A stretch of 64,000 nt of DNA, taken from the NCBI GenBank assembly GCA_964427275.1, contig CAYRSR010000002.1:1956-65955 (forward strand), in the 5' to 3' direction. The translations under genes were made by a program, and so were the position numbers. Origin of the DNA: an uncultured Candidatus Saccharibacteria bacterium (GTDB taxonomy: Bacteria > Patescibacteriota > Minisyncoccia > UBA6257 > CAYRSR01). Below, one piece after another: positions 17,567 to 27,468 of the stretch (the first letter of the stretch is position 1; each line of letters opens with the position of its first letter). A model generated the notes under the pieces. The model saw only the letters and a list, made by a program, of their open reading frames with translations, was not told the origin of the DNA and did no database searches.

Positions 17567-18190
17567 CTAATCTTGAATTAGAGGTACAAAACTAAATCCC
17601 CAGAAGCTCTTCTGTTCAAATTTATTTTTGGTAACCTTATCTAGAACTATAATACTGTCTCCTGAGGGAGTAATTAATCTTCCTCCAACTTTTAACTGGT
17701 TTTTCCAGCTTTCAGGAATAATCTTGGCGTCTGCCCCGCAAATTATCTTATCAAACGGAGATTCGCTGATGTATCCTTTTGAACCATCACCATAAACAAT
17801 CTTAACTATCCCCTTCTCTATGAAGTTGAATTTAGAAACATTATTGGTAGCCATTCTTGCTAACTCAAAAATTCTTTCAATTGCGACTACTCTTCCCTTT
17901 TCTCCAACCAAGTAAGCAAGAAGGGCAGTTACCCAGCCAGAACCTGCTCCAATATCCAAAACTTTATCGCCTGACTGTGCTTGAAGTAATTCCAGCATGA
18001 AAGCTACTACCAATGGTTGAGAAATAGTTTGACCGTAGCCAATCGGCAAAGGAGTATTTAAATAGGCCTGATTTTGATATTTTTTTAAAACAAATTCTTT
18101 TCGATCAACTGTTTGGAAAGCTTTAATAATTCTTTCTGATTTAAGATAGCCATGATTAATTAATTCCTCAATCAGTGATTGATTAGACAT
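17567..18190 (-). CDS. pcm: Protein-L-isoaspartate O-methyltransferase
   Basis: LPIGYGQTISQP, VLDIGAGSGW, GDGSKG..PFDKI, FVPL. Confidence 0.95.
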   Translation of the reverse strand: MSNQSLIEELINHGYLKSERIIKAFQTVDRKEFVLKKYQNQAYLNTPLPIGYGQTISQPLVVAFMLELLQAQSGDKVLDIGAGSGWVTALLAYLVGEKGRVVAIERIFELARMATNNVSKFNFIEKGIVKIVYGDGSKGYISESPFDKIICGADAKIIPESWKNQLKVGGRLITPSGDSIIVLDKVTKNKFEQKSFWGFSFVPLIQD

Positions 18191-18243
18191 AGATATATTA
18201 AGTTTAATTATAAATTAGCTTAACTTAAATTACAATAAAAACC

Positions 18244-18327
18244 TTGACAAATTGTAAAGAATTAGTATAACTGAAGAAAGATTTAAAAATTAACAAATTT
18301 ATAAGGTAGCAAAAACTAAGGGAGGTG
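18244..18327 (+). promoter_or_regulatory. Sigma70-like promoter and strong Shine-Dalgarno of the 18333 gene
   Basis: TTGACA at 18244, TATAAC at 18266, AAGGGAGGTG at 18318-18327, 5 nt before ATG. Confidence 0.6.
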
Positions 18328-18332
18328 GGGAA

Positions 18333-18809
18333 ATGGTTTTTTTAGTGAAACTACTGGCGATAGTGGTTAGCTTAGTATGTCTGGATTATTTTTTGACAGC
18401 CATTGTACCCTGGCCTTATCGTCGAAAAAAGGAAATTAGAGTTTTTCTAATTTGCCCGGTTAGAAAAATCAAAGAGGAAGAAAAAGTAGCAATTAAAGAA
18501 TATATTGAAAATCTAGAATCAAAAGGATATAAGGTCTACTGGCCGTTAAGAGACACTGATCAAAATGATCCAATTGGTATTCGGATTTGTACTGATAATG
18601 CTAGAGCAATTATGAAAGCAGAAGAAATTCATGTCTGGTATAATCCTTCTTCTTCCGGTTCAAAATTCGATCTGGGAATGGTGTTTATGTTCAACCTTCT
18701 AAACCCTAGAAAAAGAAAGAAAATTATTATTGCCAACCCTTCAGCTGTTAGGGAAACAGATTATAAGAGCTTTGAAAATCTTTTGTTATATTTAGCAAGA
18801 CAAAAATAA
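18333..18809 (+). CDS. Nucleoside 2-deoxyribosyltransferase-like (flavodoxin-fold) protein with N-terminal TM helix
   Basis: VFLICPVR, LESKGYKVYWP.RD, AIMKAEEIHV, SSGSKFDLGM pattern resembles NDT/N-glycosidase folds. Confidence 0.55.
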   Translation: MVFLVKLLAIVVSLVCLDYFLTAIVPWPYRRKKEIRVFLICPVRKIKEEEKVAIKEYIENLESKGYKVYWPLRDTDQNDPIGIRICTDNARAIMKAEEIHVWYNPSSSGSKFDLGMVFMFNLLNPRKRKKIIIANPSAVRETDYKSFENLLLYLARQK

Positions 18810-18814
18810 TGTAT

Positions 18815-18840
18815 AAACGCGCCTTCCGGCGCGTTTTTTA
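18815..18840 (+). terminator. Intrinsic terminator
   Basis: AAACGCGCC-TTCC-GGCGCGTTT followed by a T tract. Confidence 0.85.
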
Positions 18841-18867
18841 TTTATTTGTTGCTAAAAAATATTCGAG

Positions 18868-18954
18868 CGGAGGTGGAAGGATTCGAACCTTCGTTTCGCA
18901 CTAGCGAAAAGCGGTTTTCGAGACCGCCCCGTTAGACCACTCCGGCACACCTCC
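18868..18954 (-). tRNA. tRNA-Ser(CGA)
   Basis: Reverse complement GGAGGTGTGCCGGAGTGGTCTAACGGG-GCGGT-CT-CGA-AA-ACCGC, long variable arm, GGTTCGAATCC, CACCTCCG. Confidence 0.95.
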
Positions 18955-19018
18955 TCTTTTATTATATCACCTTTAACCCCCTTTTCAATTTCAGTTTTAA
19001 GTTTTATAATTTATTATT

Positions 19019-21715
19019 ATGGCTAAGTACGTTTACTTCTTTGCCAAGAATAAACCTGAAGGAAATGCTAAGTTAAAGGATATTCTTGGAGGTAAAGGAG
19101 CTAATCTAGCTGAAATGGCTAAAATTGGAATTCCTGTTCCACCCGGATTTACTATCTCAGCCGAAATTTGTCCAATATATTTAAAATATAAAAAAATTCC
19201 CTCCAAACTAAAACTTGAAATAGAAAAAAATCTTAAAAAATTAGAAAAAGTTGTTAGAAAAAAATTTGGTGACAAATGCGATCCACTATTAGTTTCAGTA
19301 AGAAGTGGAGCAGCTATATCTATGCCTGGAATGATGGATACTATTTTAAATCTGGGACTAAATCAAAAGTCAGTTGAAGGATTGGCTCAAAAAACAGGTA
19401 ATCAAAGATTTGCCTGGGATTCTTATCGAAGATTAATTCAGATGTTTGGAAATGTAGTAACTGGGATTGAACACTCTAAATTCGAACAGGAGATAGAAAA
19501 GATCAAAAAAAGAAGAAAAATTAAACAGGACCTGGAATTAACTGTAGAAGACTTAAAAGAGCTAGTAAAAAAATTTAAGGAAGTATACAAAAAGGAGACT
19601 AAACAGGACTTTCCAGATTCTCCTAGACAACAGCTATATTTAGCTATTGAAGCAGTATTTAAATCCTGGAACAATCCCAGAGCAGTTAAGTATAGGAAAA
19701 TCAACAAAATAACTGGTCTTCTTGGAACTGCTGTTAATGTCCAGACAATGGTTTTTGGAAATATGGGAAGAAATTCAGCTACCGGAGTAGCTTTCACCAG
19801 AAATCCAGCTACTGGAGAAAATGAATTTTACGGCGAGTACTTAATTAATGCTCAGGGAGAAGACGTTGTAGCCGGGATTAGAACTCCTAACCAGTTAACC
19901 AAAAAACTTTCAAGGAAATGGGCTAAAGAGAATGGAGTTAGTGAAGCAGTAAGGAAAAAACTTTATCCATCTCTGGAAGAAGCTATGCCGGAGGTATTTA
20001 AGCAACTTTGCGACATTAGAAAAAAATTAGAAAACCATTATAAGGATATTCAAGATATTGAGTTTACTATTCAGGAAGGAAAGCTGTATATCCTTCAAAC
20101 CAGAACTGGAAAGAGAACTGGTACCGCAGCAGTGAAAATTGCTGTAGATTTGGTAAAAGAAAAACTAATTGATAAACAAACTGCTTTAATGAGAGTTGGC
20201 CCGGAAAAAATTAAAGAACTCTTACATAAAAGAGTTGACTCTCAAGCAAAAATAAATGTTTTGGGAACTGGACTACCAGCTTCACCAGGAGCTGCTACAG
20301 GACAAATCGTGTTTGATGCTGAAGAGGCAGTCAGACAGGTAAAAGACGGAAAATCAGTAATTCTGGTTAGAAACGAAACCTCACCTGAAGATGTTGAAGG
20401 AATGAGTGTATCTGAAGGAATTTTAACTGCAATTGGTGGAATGACTTCTCATGCTGCAATTGTAGCAAGAGGAATGGGAACTCCTTGTGTAGTTGGGTGT
20501 TCAGACCTTGTCATTGATTATAAAAAACAAATTTGTACCATTGGAGGAAAAAAATTCAAGACGGGGGACTTTATTACTATTGACGGAACTAAAGGAAGAG
20601 TAATTGAAGGAAAAGTAAAACTGGTTTATCCAAAGCTAACTGCAAATTTTGCTAGATTAATCAAATGGGCTGATCAGATTAGAAAACTTGGAGTTAGAGC
20701 TAATGCCGAAACGCCTGAAGATGTAAAAAAAGCCAGAGAGTTTGGCGCTGAAGGAATTGGATTGTGTAGAACTGAACATATGTTTTTCAAAGAAGACAGA
20801 ATCATAAAGATGCAGCAAATGATCCTAGCCGAAACTGAATCAGCTAGAAAAGAAGCAATTTATTCTCTTTTACCTTTTCAAAAAAAAGACTTCATAGAGA
20901 TATTTAAAATAATGATGAATTTACCAGTAACTATTAGATTACTGGATCCGCCTCTTCATGAATTCCTCCCTAAAACTGAATTAGAAATTAAAACTCTAGC
21001 TAAAAAATTAAAAGTATCGGTCAGGGAAATAAAACAAAAAATTAATGATTTAAAAGAAGTTAACCCAATGTTAGGACATCGAGGATGTAGATTAGGTATT
21101 TCTTATCCAGAAATAACCAAAATGCAAACCAGGGCAATAATTGAAGCTGCAGCTGAACTTGTAAAGAAAGGAGTTCGGGTAAAACCGGAAATTATGGTTC
21201 CATTGGTTTCGATAAAAAATGAACTGGAAAATCAAATTAAGCTTATTAAACAAGAGGTTAGTAGAGTAATAAAAGAGAAACGGCAAAAAGTTAATTATAA
21301 AATCGGGACAATGATTGAAACTCCACGAGCTTGTATGATAGCTGATAAAATTGCTGAATTAGTTGACTTCTTCTCCTTTGGAACTAATGACTTAACCCAG
21401 ATGAGCTATGGGTTTTCAAGAGATGATATTGGAAAATTTTTACCAGCTTATATTGATGCTAGAATTGTCGAATATGATCCATTTATGATTTTAGATAGAT
21501 CTGGAGTTGGGCAATTGATGAAGCTTGCTGTTGAAAAGGGAAGAAAGACTAAACCAGATTTAAAAATCGGAATTTGTGGAGAACATGGTGGTGAACCAAC
21601 TTCAATTGAATTATGTCACCAGCTTAATTTAAGCTATGTTTCCTGCTCTCCGTACCGAGTCCCGATAGCTAAGTTAGCAGCAGCACAGGCAGCTATTAAG
21701 GATAAGAAAAAATAA
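19019..21715 (+). CDS. ppdK: Pyruvate, phosphate dikinase
   Basis: LGGKGANLAEM, VSVRSGA..SMPGMMDT, GGMTSHAA, GLCRTEHMF, SFGTNDLTQ, GICGEHGG; 898 aa. Confidence 0.98.
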   Translation: MAKYVYFFAKNKPEGNAKLKDILGGKGANLAEMAKIGIPVPPGFTISAEICPIYLKYKKIPSKLKLEIEKNLKKLEKVVRKKFGDKCDPLLVSVRSGAAISMPGMMDTILNLGLNQKSVEGLAQKTGNQRFAWDSYRRLIQMFGNVVTGIEHSKFEQEIEKIKKRRKIKQDLELTVEDLKELVKKFKEVYKKETKQDFPDSPRQQLYLAIEAVFKSWNNPRAVKYRKINKITGLLGTAVNVQTMVFGNMGRNSATGVAFTRNPATGENEFYGEYLINAQGEDVVAGIRTPNQLTKKLSRKWAKENGVSEAVRKKLYPSLEEAMPEVFKQLCDIRKKLENHYKDIQDIEFTIQEGKLYILQTRTGKRTGTAAVKIAVDLVKEKLIDKQTALMRVGPEKIKELLHKRVDSQAKINVLGTGLPASPGAATGQIVFDAEEAVRQVKDGKSVILVRNETSPEDVEGMSVSEGILTAIGGMTSHAAIVARGMGTPCVVGCSDLVIDYKKQICTIGGKKFKTGDFITIDGTKGRVIEGKVKLVYPKLTANFARLIKWADQIRKLGVRANAETPEDVKKAREFGAEGIGLCRTEHMFFKEDRIIKMQQMILAETESARKEAIYSLLPFQKKDFIEIFKIMMNLPVTIRLLDPPLHEFLPKTELEIKTLAKKLKVSVREIKQKINDLKEVNPMLGHRGCRLGISYPEITKMQTRAIIEAAAELVKKGVRVKPEIMVPLVSIKNELENQIKLIKQEVSRVIKEKRQKVNYKIGTMIETPRACMIADKIAELVDFFSFGTNDLTQMSYGFSRDDIGKFLPAYIDARIVEYDPFMILDRSGVGQLMKLAVEKGRKTKPDLKIGICGEHGGEPTSIELCHQLNLSYVSCSPYRVPIAKLAAAQAAIKDKKK

Positions 21716-21716
21716 T

Positions 21717-22730
21717 TTATTCAACAATGTTTAAGTCTGTACCACACTTAGAACATTTTCCATTCTTATCAATCCGTTGGATGGTATAACCTACTCGACT
21801 AATCATCTTAGCTCCACATTTTGGACAATAGGTATTCTCAGCTTCTAGCCCTGGAATGTTGCCAATGTACACATATTTAAGCCCCATTTCTTTTCCAATT
21901 TGATAGGCTTCTTTCAAAACTTCAATTGGGGTATCAGGTAATTGCTTTAATTTCCAGGAGATACTTCCACAAAACTGGGTTATATGCCAGGGTGTATCAG
22001 GACCTAAATTACTTTTGATAAATCTGGCAATGTCTTTAAAAATCTTAGGCTTATCATTTAAGCTTGGAATAACTAAAGTGGTTACTTCTAAATGAATTTT
22101 TGCTTTCTTAACTCTAATCAGATTATCTAAAACCGGCTTTAATTTGCCACCACAATATTTAAGATAGAAATCATCTTCAAAACTTTTCAAATCGACATTT
22201 ACTGCATCAAGATAAGGAGAAATTAAATCAAAAGTTTGTCTTGACCAGAATCCATTGGATACCCAGGTATTTTTTAGTTTGGCTTTTTTTGCTAGCTTCA
22301 TAGTTTCTAAAGCAAATTCCAAAAAAATAGTCGGTTCAGTATAAGTATAAGAAATTGAGGGTAAATTATTTTTCAGTGCAATCTCTACAATTTCTTCTGG
22401 CGTATATTCTTCTCCCTCAATTTTTTTATATAACTTAGGACCCTGAGAAATATACCAGTTCTGACAGGAATAACAAGCAAAATTACAGCCAGCTGAAGCA
22501 ATAGATAAAGAATTTGTTCCGGGTAAAAAATGATAAAATGGCTTTTTTTCAATTGGATCAATATTTATGGCACAAAGTTTCTTATAATTTAAAGAATATA
22601 GTCTTCCTTGAATATTTTTAACTGTCCCACAAATACCAACTTCTCCTTCTGAAATAATGCAATAATGACTACATCTTAGACATTGAGCTTGATTATTAGA
22701 CAATTTTTTGTACAAATAGAGCTCTTTCAT
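21717..22730 (-). CDS. amrS: AmmeMemoRadiSam system radical SAM enzyme
   Basis: C..C...C N-terminus, IDPIEKKPFYHF.PG, GCNFACYSCQNW.ISQ, SYTYTEPT, YVYIGN, C-terminal CPKCG..CSKCG. Start moved to 22730. Confidence 0.9.
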   Translation of the reverse strand: MKELYLYKKLSNNQAQCLRCSHYCIISEGEVGICGTVKNIQGRLYSLNYKKLCAINIDPIEKKPFYHFLPGTNSLSIASAGCNFACYSCQNWYISQGPKLYKKIEGEEYTPEEIVEIALKNNLPSISYTYTEPTIFLEFALETMKLAKKAKLKNTWVSNGFWSRQTFDLISPYLDAVNVDLKSFEDDFYLKYCGGKLKPVLDNLIRVKKAKIHLEVTTLVIPSLNDKPKIFKDIARFIKSNLGPDTPWHITQFCGSISWKLKQLPDTPIEVLKEAYQIGKEMGLKYVYIGNIPGLEAENTYCPKCGAKMISRVGYTIQRIDKNGKCSKCGTDLNIVE

Positions 22731-22732
22731 AG

Positions 22733-23359
22733 TTATCTTTTGCTTACACATGGACTATTCTTCAAATAAAATCTCCACTTCCTTTTAGACCAGTAGGGTC
22801 CAGCATAATCAATTCCAATTCGTCTGGTTGAAACAATTTCACCTTGACTTACTTTAACTCCTCTATCTTCTAACCAAATCCTCTGACTAGTACATAAGTC
22901 CTCGCCATAGAAGGATTTATTTAGTTTCAGGTACTGACAGACTTTTCCAGGTCCCTTAGCTAACTCGCTAATCTTTACTAGCCTATTATTAATCTTTATT
23001 AGTTTATTTAAATCAGGAGTAATAAATTGATGGTTTTTTACTATTACCGGTTCTAATGCTCTTATCAGAACACATTCTGGCTTTCCCTTTAAAGAAGTAC
23101 TAATATTCAATTGCCAGTACATTCCATAAATTAGATAAATATAAATATGTCCTCCAATAAAGTATTCAGCCTGATTTCTGGGAGTAAGTTTTCCCTGATA
23201 AGCATGTGATGCCTTATCTTCTGGGCCAATATAAGCCTCAGTTTCTACTATCTTGCCAGCTATTTTTCTTCCACGATAAACTCTAACAATATACTTACCC
23301 AAAACTTGTTTAGCTACTGTTAGAGTAGGTTGAGTATAAAATTTTCTGGGCAATCTCAT
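22733..23359 (-). CDS. DNA-3-methyladenine glycosylase (MPG/AAG family)
   Basis: GKIVETEAYIG..DKASHA, YIYLIYGMY, VLIRALEP, GPGKVC, RIGI. Confidence 0.93.
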   Translation of the reverse strand: MRLPRKFYTQPTLTVAKQVLGKYIVRVYRGRKIAGKIVETEAYIGPEDKASHAYQGKLTPRNQAEYFIGGHIYIYLIYGMYWQLNISTSLKGKPECVLIRALEPVIVKNHQFITPDLNKLIKINNRLVKISELAKGPGKVCQYLKLNKSFYGEDLCTSQRIWLEDRGVKVSQGEIVSTRRIGIDYAGPYWSKRKWRFYLKNSPCVSKR

Positions 23360-23361
23360 AA

Positions 23362-24699
23362 TTACATCTCGATAGCCGGTATTTCGGTAGTTGGAATTAA
23401 GGATTCTTCAGTTGGTAAGGTAAAGTAAAAAGTAGTTCCTCTGCCCAGAATGGATTCAACCCAGATTTCTCCACCATGATTTTCAATGATGTTTTTAGTG
23501 AGATAAAGTCCCAGTCCAGAGCCTTTTATCTCTTTGACATTGGAAGCCCTGAAGAATTTAGTGAACAATCTATCTACATCCTGTTTGGGTATACCTATCC
23601 CGGTATCTTCTACTGAAAGTTGAATGAACGGCTTTTGTTTTAGTTTTTTTATTCTAACCACTAATCTTCCCCCAGGAGTATTATATCTGATTCCATTGTC
23701 AATCAAATTTGATAAAGCCAATCCCAGCTTATCCGGATCAATTTTTAACAAGGGGATTGGTTCTTTTGGAGCTTCAAAAAATAGCTTGACTTCAAATTCC
23801 TTGGCTAATGGCTTGGCTGAAATCAGTATATCCTGAACAAACCTTACTATATCAACTTTCTTGAATTTATAACCAAACTTTCCTTCTTCTATTCTGGAGG
23901 TAGTCAAAAGGTCAGCCACTATTTTTAGTAAATGATTAGCAATATTAAGAGCTTCCTCCAGCATAATTTTTTGGTCTTCAGTTAAATTTTCTGCTTCAAC
24001 TAAACTTTCAAGTCCCCACTTAATTTCCCCAAGTGGCGTTCTGAGTTGATGAGCTGCTATGGTGACAAACTCCCCCTTAGCTTTGATTAATCTTTTTATT
24101 CTGGTCTGGTCTCTAATTACTTTAAAAAATCCAAGTAGTCTTCCAGATGGGTCGGTAATTTTACTAGTAGCTACTCTAAGTTCCAGACTTTTGAATGAAA
24201 TTTCTACAATACTGGGCCAGCTATCTGGAGAAGTAACAGGTTTCACTGCTGGAGCCAGGGAAGGAAAAACTGTTTGAATTAGAATTTGGTATTCAGGTTG
24301 CTTACTTAAAGCTGGGGTTAGGGTTTTGCCTAGAATCTTTTTGGCAGGAATTTTAAATATTTTCTCAGCAACCTTATTAAATATTATTACTTTGAAATCA
24401 GGATCATAAGCAATTAAACCATCTTGAAGTCCAGCAATAATACTTCTAATCTGGTTTCTCTCAATTTTCATTTCCCAATTTAACTTAGCTAATCTTAGAG
24501 AATTAACAAAAATTAAGCTGATAGCTATTAAACTGACTCCAAAGACAAGCCAGGCTAGAACAACTGGAAGAAAGATAAAATTAATTACTATAATAATAGT
24601 TAAAGCTGGTGTTAAAAACCAGAAAGTTCTCATTTCTGGAAGAGAAAGATAAAATTTAATCCTTCTGAAAAATCTTTTTATTGGATAAAAAACTCTCAT
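23362..24699 (-). CDS. PAS-domain sensor histidine kinase
   Basis: Two TM helices, PAS, AAHQLRTPL H-box, NLIDNGIRY, VEDTGIGI, GSGLGL. Confidence 0.92.
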   Translation of the reverse strand: MRVFYPIKRFFRRIKFYLSLPEMRTFWFLTPALTIIIVINFIFLPVVLAWLVFGVSLIAISLIFVNSLRLAKLNWEMKIERNQIRSIIAGLQDGLIAYDPDFKVIIFNKVAEKIFKIPAKKILGKTLTPALSKQPEYQILIQTVFPSLAPAVKPVTSPDSWPSIVEISFKSLELRVATSKITDPSGRLLGFFKVIRDQTRIKRLIKAKGEFVTIAAHQLRTPLGEIKWGLESLVEAENLTEDQKIMLEEALNIANHLLKIVADLLTTSRIEEGKFGYKFKKVDIVRFVQDILISAKPLAKEFEVKLFFEAPKEPIPLLKIDPDKLGLALSNLIDNGIRYNTPGGRLVVRIKKLKQKPFIQLSVEDTGIGIPKQDVDRLFTKFFRASNVKEIKGSGLGLYLTKNIIENHGGEIWVESILGRGTTFYFTLPTEESLIPTTEIPAIEM

Positions 24700-24718
24700 T
24701 AATTTTATTCTAGCATTT

Positions 24719-25621
24719 CTAAGTGTCCAAATTCAATTGATTTCCCTGGAATTTTTCCAATCTAGAAATCAGACGATTGAATCCCAGCTTCCTGAAATAA
24801 TTGATTAAATCTGCCCTTGGAATTTGATAAGCTAAATGATCTAACTTTAAATCAAACTTTAAATCCTGTCTGATAGAGGCCAGCTTTTTAACCAGCAGAG
24901 CTTGAGATTTTAATTGCTTGAGACTCTGACAAACTTTTGGAGAAACTATATTATCCAGCTTATTAAAGTTCTTATAAATTCCATCTAGATCACCAAATTG
25001 ATTGAGTAAAATTGCAGCAGTTTTTGGTCCAACTCCAGGAATTCCAGGCAGATTATCTGAAACATCCCCTACTAAAGCCTTGAAGTCTGGAATTTGTTCT
25101 GGAAATATACCTAGCCTGGATTTAACCTTAATCCTATCATAGGTATTCATTTCAGTTAATCCTTTTTGTGGAGTTCTAACCACAATTTTTTCTCCTCTTA
25201 CTAATTGTAAAGCGTCCAGGTCTCCGGTAAGAATGACTATTTTTAAATCCTTATATTTGGAAAAAAGATTAGCTAACGAACCTAAGATGTCATCGGCTTC
25301 AAAGCCGCTTTTTTCAAAAAATTTCATCTTAAATTTCTGTAGCAGCTTGCGAGACATTTTAATCTGAATTGCTAGCTCACCAGGAACCTTTGGTCTTTGA
25401 ATTTTGTATTCAGGATAAAGTTCTTCCCTAAAAGTTGGTTCAGGTCTATCAAAAGCAGCGGCTATGAAATCGGGCTTCTCTTCCCGAATTATCTTAAGTA
25501 AAGTACTGGACAATCCGTATAATGCATTAACTGGCTGTCCTGCTGGAGAAGTTAAAAGAGGTATAGCATGAAAACAGCGATGAATTATAGAATTAATATC
25601 AATTAACAATAAAGTTTTCAT
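24719..25621 (-). CDS. Stand-alone 5'-3' exonuclease (PolI N-terminal domain)
   Basis: LLLID, NALYG, AFDRPEPTFR..YK..R, GFEADD, TGDLD, LVGDVSDNLPGIPGVGPKTA; ends at 300 aa. Confidence 0.92.
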   Translation of the reverse strand: MKTLLLIDINSIIHRCFHAIPLLTSPAGQPVNALYGLSSTLLKIIREEKPDFIAAAFDRPEPTFREELYPEYKIQRPKVPGELAIQIKMSRKLLQKFKMKFFEKSGFEADDILGSLANLFSKYKDLKIVILTGDLDALQLVRGEKIVVRTPQKGLTEMNTYDRIKVKSRLGIFPEQIPDFKALVGDVSDNLPGIPGVGPKTAAILLNQFGDLDGIYKNFNKLDNIVSPKVCQSLKQLKSQALLVKKLASIRQDLKFDLKLDHLAYQIPRADLINYFRKLGFNRLISRLEKFQGNQLNLDT

Positions 25622-25626
25622 AAAAA

Positions 25627-27426
25627 TTAGTCTTTTTTAAGACGATGTTGGTAATACCAGTTAAACAACTTTTTAGCTACTGGCAGGGTATTTAAGCTTC
25701 CTTCTTTAGAGTTTTCAATTAAAATTAAAATGACTATTTGAGGATTGTCTACTGGTGCATAACCAACAAAAATAGCATTGGTCTGCTGTTTTTTTCTTAC
25801 CTCTACACTTCCAGTTTTTGCTGCAACTTTGAATGGTAAATCTTGTAACATTCTGGCAGTTCCATAAGGTTTACTAACTGATTCTACCATTCCCCGCTCT
25901 ATCTCCTTGAATATGAATGAATTAATATTCAGCTGAGATAATATTTCAAAATTCTGAGCCTTGGAAATTCTAAGCTTTAGAATTTTTCCTCTATTAGCAA
26001 TAGCACTAATGTAGCTAATCAATTCTAATGGGGTAATTGAAATCTCTCCCTGGCCAATGGAAATATTGTAAGTGTTTCCTAAAGTCCATTTGGAATTTAC
26101 TTCAGGTAAGTTTCCATTCACTTCTCCGGGAATATCAATTTGAGTTGGCTTATCCAGGTTAAATTTTTTAAAATATTCAATTAATTTTTTTGCTCCTAAT
26201 CCTTTAAAATCTCGATACCCTCCACCCAGCCGGTAAAAATAAACATTACAGGACTTAGCTAGAGCTGAATACAAATTTGTTTCTTGATGAGCTTTCCAAT
26301 CTCTAAAAATTGTTGGCAAGCCACCATAGGGATTTTCTAGAACCAATTTCCCGGAACAATAAATTGATTCCTCAGAGGAAATTATTTTTTCATTCAATCC
26401 AGCTATGGCTATTAATGGCTTAATAGTAGAACCGGGGGAATAGAGTCCGGATACAGCTCGATTAAATAGAGGCTGATTTTTTTGTTTTAAAAACTTGGAA
26501 ACCTGATTTAAATCAAATGAAGGTAAACTAACCAAAGCTAAAATTTCACCGGAGTTGGGATCAACTGCAATTCCAACTGCTCTGGTTAAATTCAATTCAG
26601 CTAATCTTTGTTTCAAAGTAGAATAAAAATATTTTTGAAGTTCTAGATCAATAAAGGTAGGAAGATCTCTTCCTGAAACTGGAGCTTTAACTATTTTCTG
26701 ACCTAAAACTTTTCCTTGAGCATCTCTAAATACTAACTTTCTCCCATTCCTTCCTCTCAGGTAAGAATCATAATATTTTTCTAGTCCAGTTTTACCTACT
26801 AAATCATTTATGTCTAGGTTAGGATTTTTTTGTAGTTCATCTTGATCAGCTAAGCTTAAATATCCTAAAACATGAGAAAGAACTAGAGAATCAGAATATT
26901 TTCGATTCCATCCTAATTCGATTTGAACTCCAGGTAAATCTTTTTGTCTTAAATCTAAAGCAATAGATTTATCCAAATTATCAACCAGGCAAATTTTACT
27001 AGCAGAGTCTTTAAGTTGATTAAACTTCTGTTCAACTACAGAAATATTTAGGTTTAGACTTCTAGCTAATTCTTGAAATATTTTTAGTTTTAGTTTTGGA
27101 TCCTTGGGTAAAGAATCTGGTAGAAGATTAAGACGATAAACTGGCTGATTGCTAGCTAATATAACTCCAAATCGGTCTAAAATCTTTCCACGTTTAGCAA
27201 AGACAGTGTAAGATTGATTTATATTCTGAAGAGCAATTTTTTGATAGGTTGGATAATTGGAAAATATTATTATCAAATAAAGAATCATAGTTATGCAAAT
27301 TAAACAAAAGATTATTAAAAAAAATTTAAAGACCCTGCTACTCAGTTGAACTTCAAGTAAGTCTTCAGATTGTTTTTTATCAATTAAAATATCTTCCAGA
27401 TTAATTTCCCGTTTTGTCCGTTGCAT
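25627..27426 (-). CDS. mrdA: Penicillin-binding protein 2
   Basis: RGKILDR, VGKTGLE, YSPGSTIK, SCNVYFY, AKTGS; downstream of mreB. Confidence 0.9.
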   Translation of the reverse strand: MQRTKREINLEDILIDKKQSEDLLEVQLSSRVFKFFLIIFCLICITMILYLIIIFSNYPTYQKIALQNINQSYTVFAKRGKILDRFGVILASNQPVYRLNLLPDSLPKDPKLKLKIFQELARSLNLNISVVEQKFNQLKDSASKICLVDNLDKSIALDLRQKDLPGVQIELGWNRKYSDSLVLSHVLGYLSLADQDELQKNPNLDINDLVGKTGLEKYYDSYLRGRNGRKLVFRDAQGKVLGQKIVKAPVSGRDLPTFIDLELQKYFYSTLKQRLAELNLTRAVGIAVDPNSGEILALVSLPSFDLNQVSKFLKQKNQPLFNRAVSGLYSPGSTIKPLIAIAGLNEKIISSEESIYCSGKLVLENPYGGLPTIFRDWKAHQETNLYSALAKSCNVYFYRLGGGYRDFKGLGAKKLIEYFKKFNLDKPTQIDIPGEVNGNLPEVNSKWTLGNTYNISIGQGEISITPLELISYISAIANRGKILKLRISKAQNFEILSQLNINSFIFKEIERGMVESVSKPYGTARMLQDLPFKVAAKTGSVEVRKKQQTNAIFVGYAPVDNPQIVILILIENSKEGSLNTLPVAKKLFNWYYQHRLKKD

Positions 27427-27468
27427 GTAACGGTTTAAACTAATAAAAGATATAAGATTTGAATTTGA

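Noticed and set aside
18333-18954. Integrated prophage or island at tRNA-Ser(CGA)
   Set aside because: No integrase and no duplicated tRNA 3' end (att site) was seen; only a single-gene cassette is supported.
24700-25621. Frameshifted or broken polA
   Set aside because: The exonuclease ORF ends cleanly, the next gene is a histidine kinase with no polymerase remnant, and stand-alone 5'-3' exonucleases are common.
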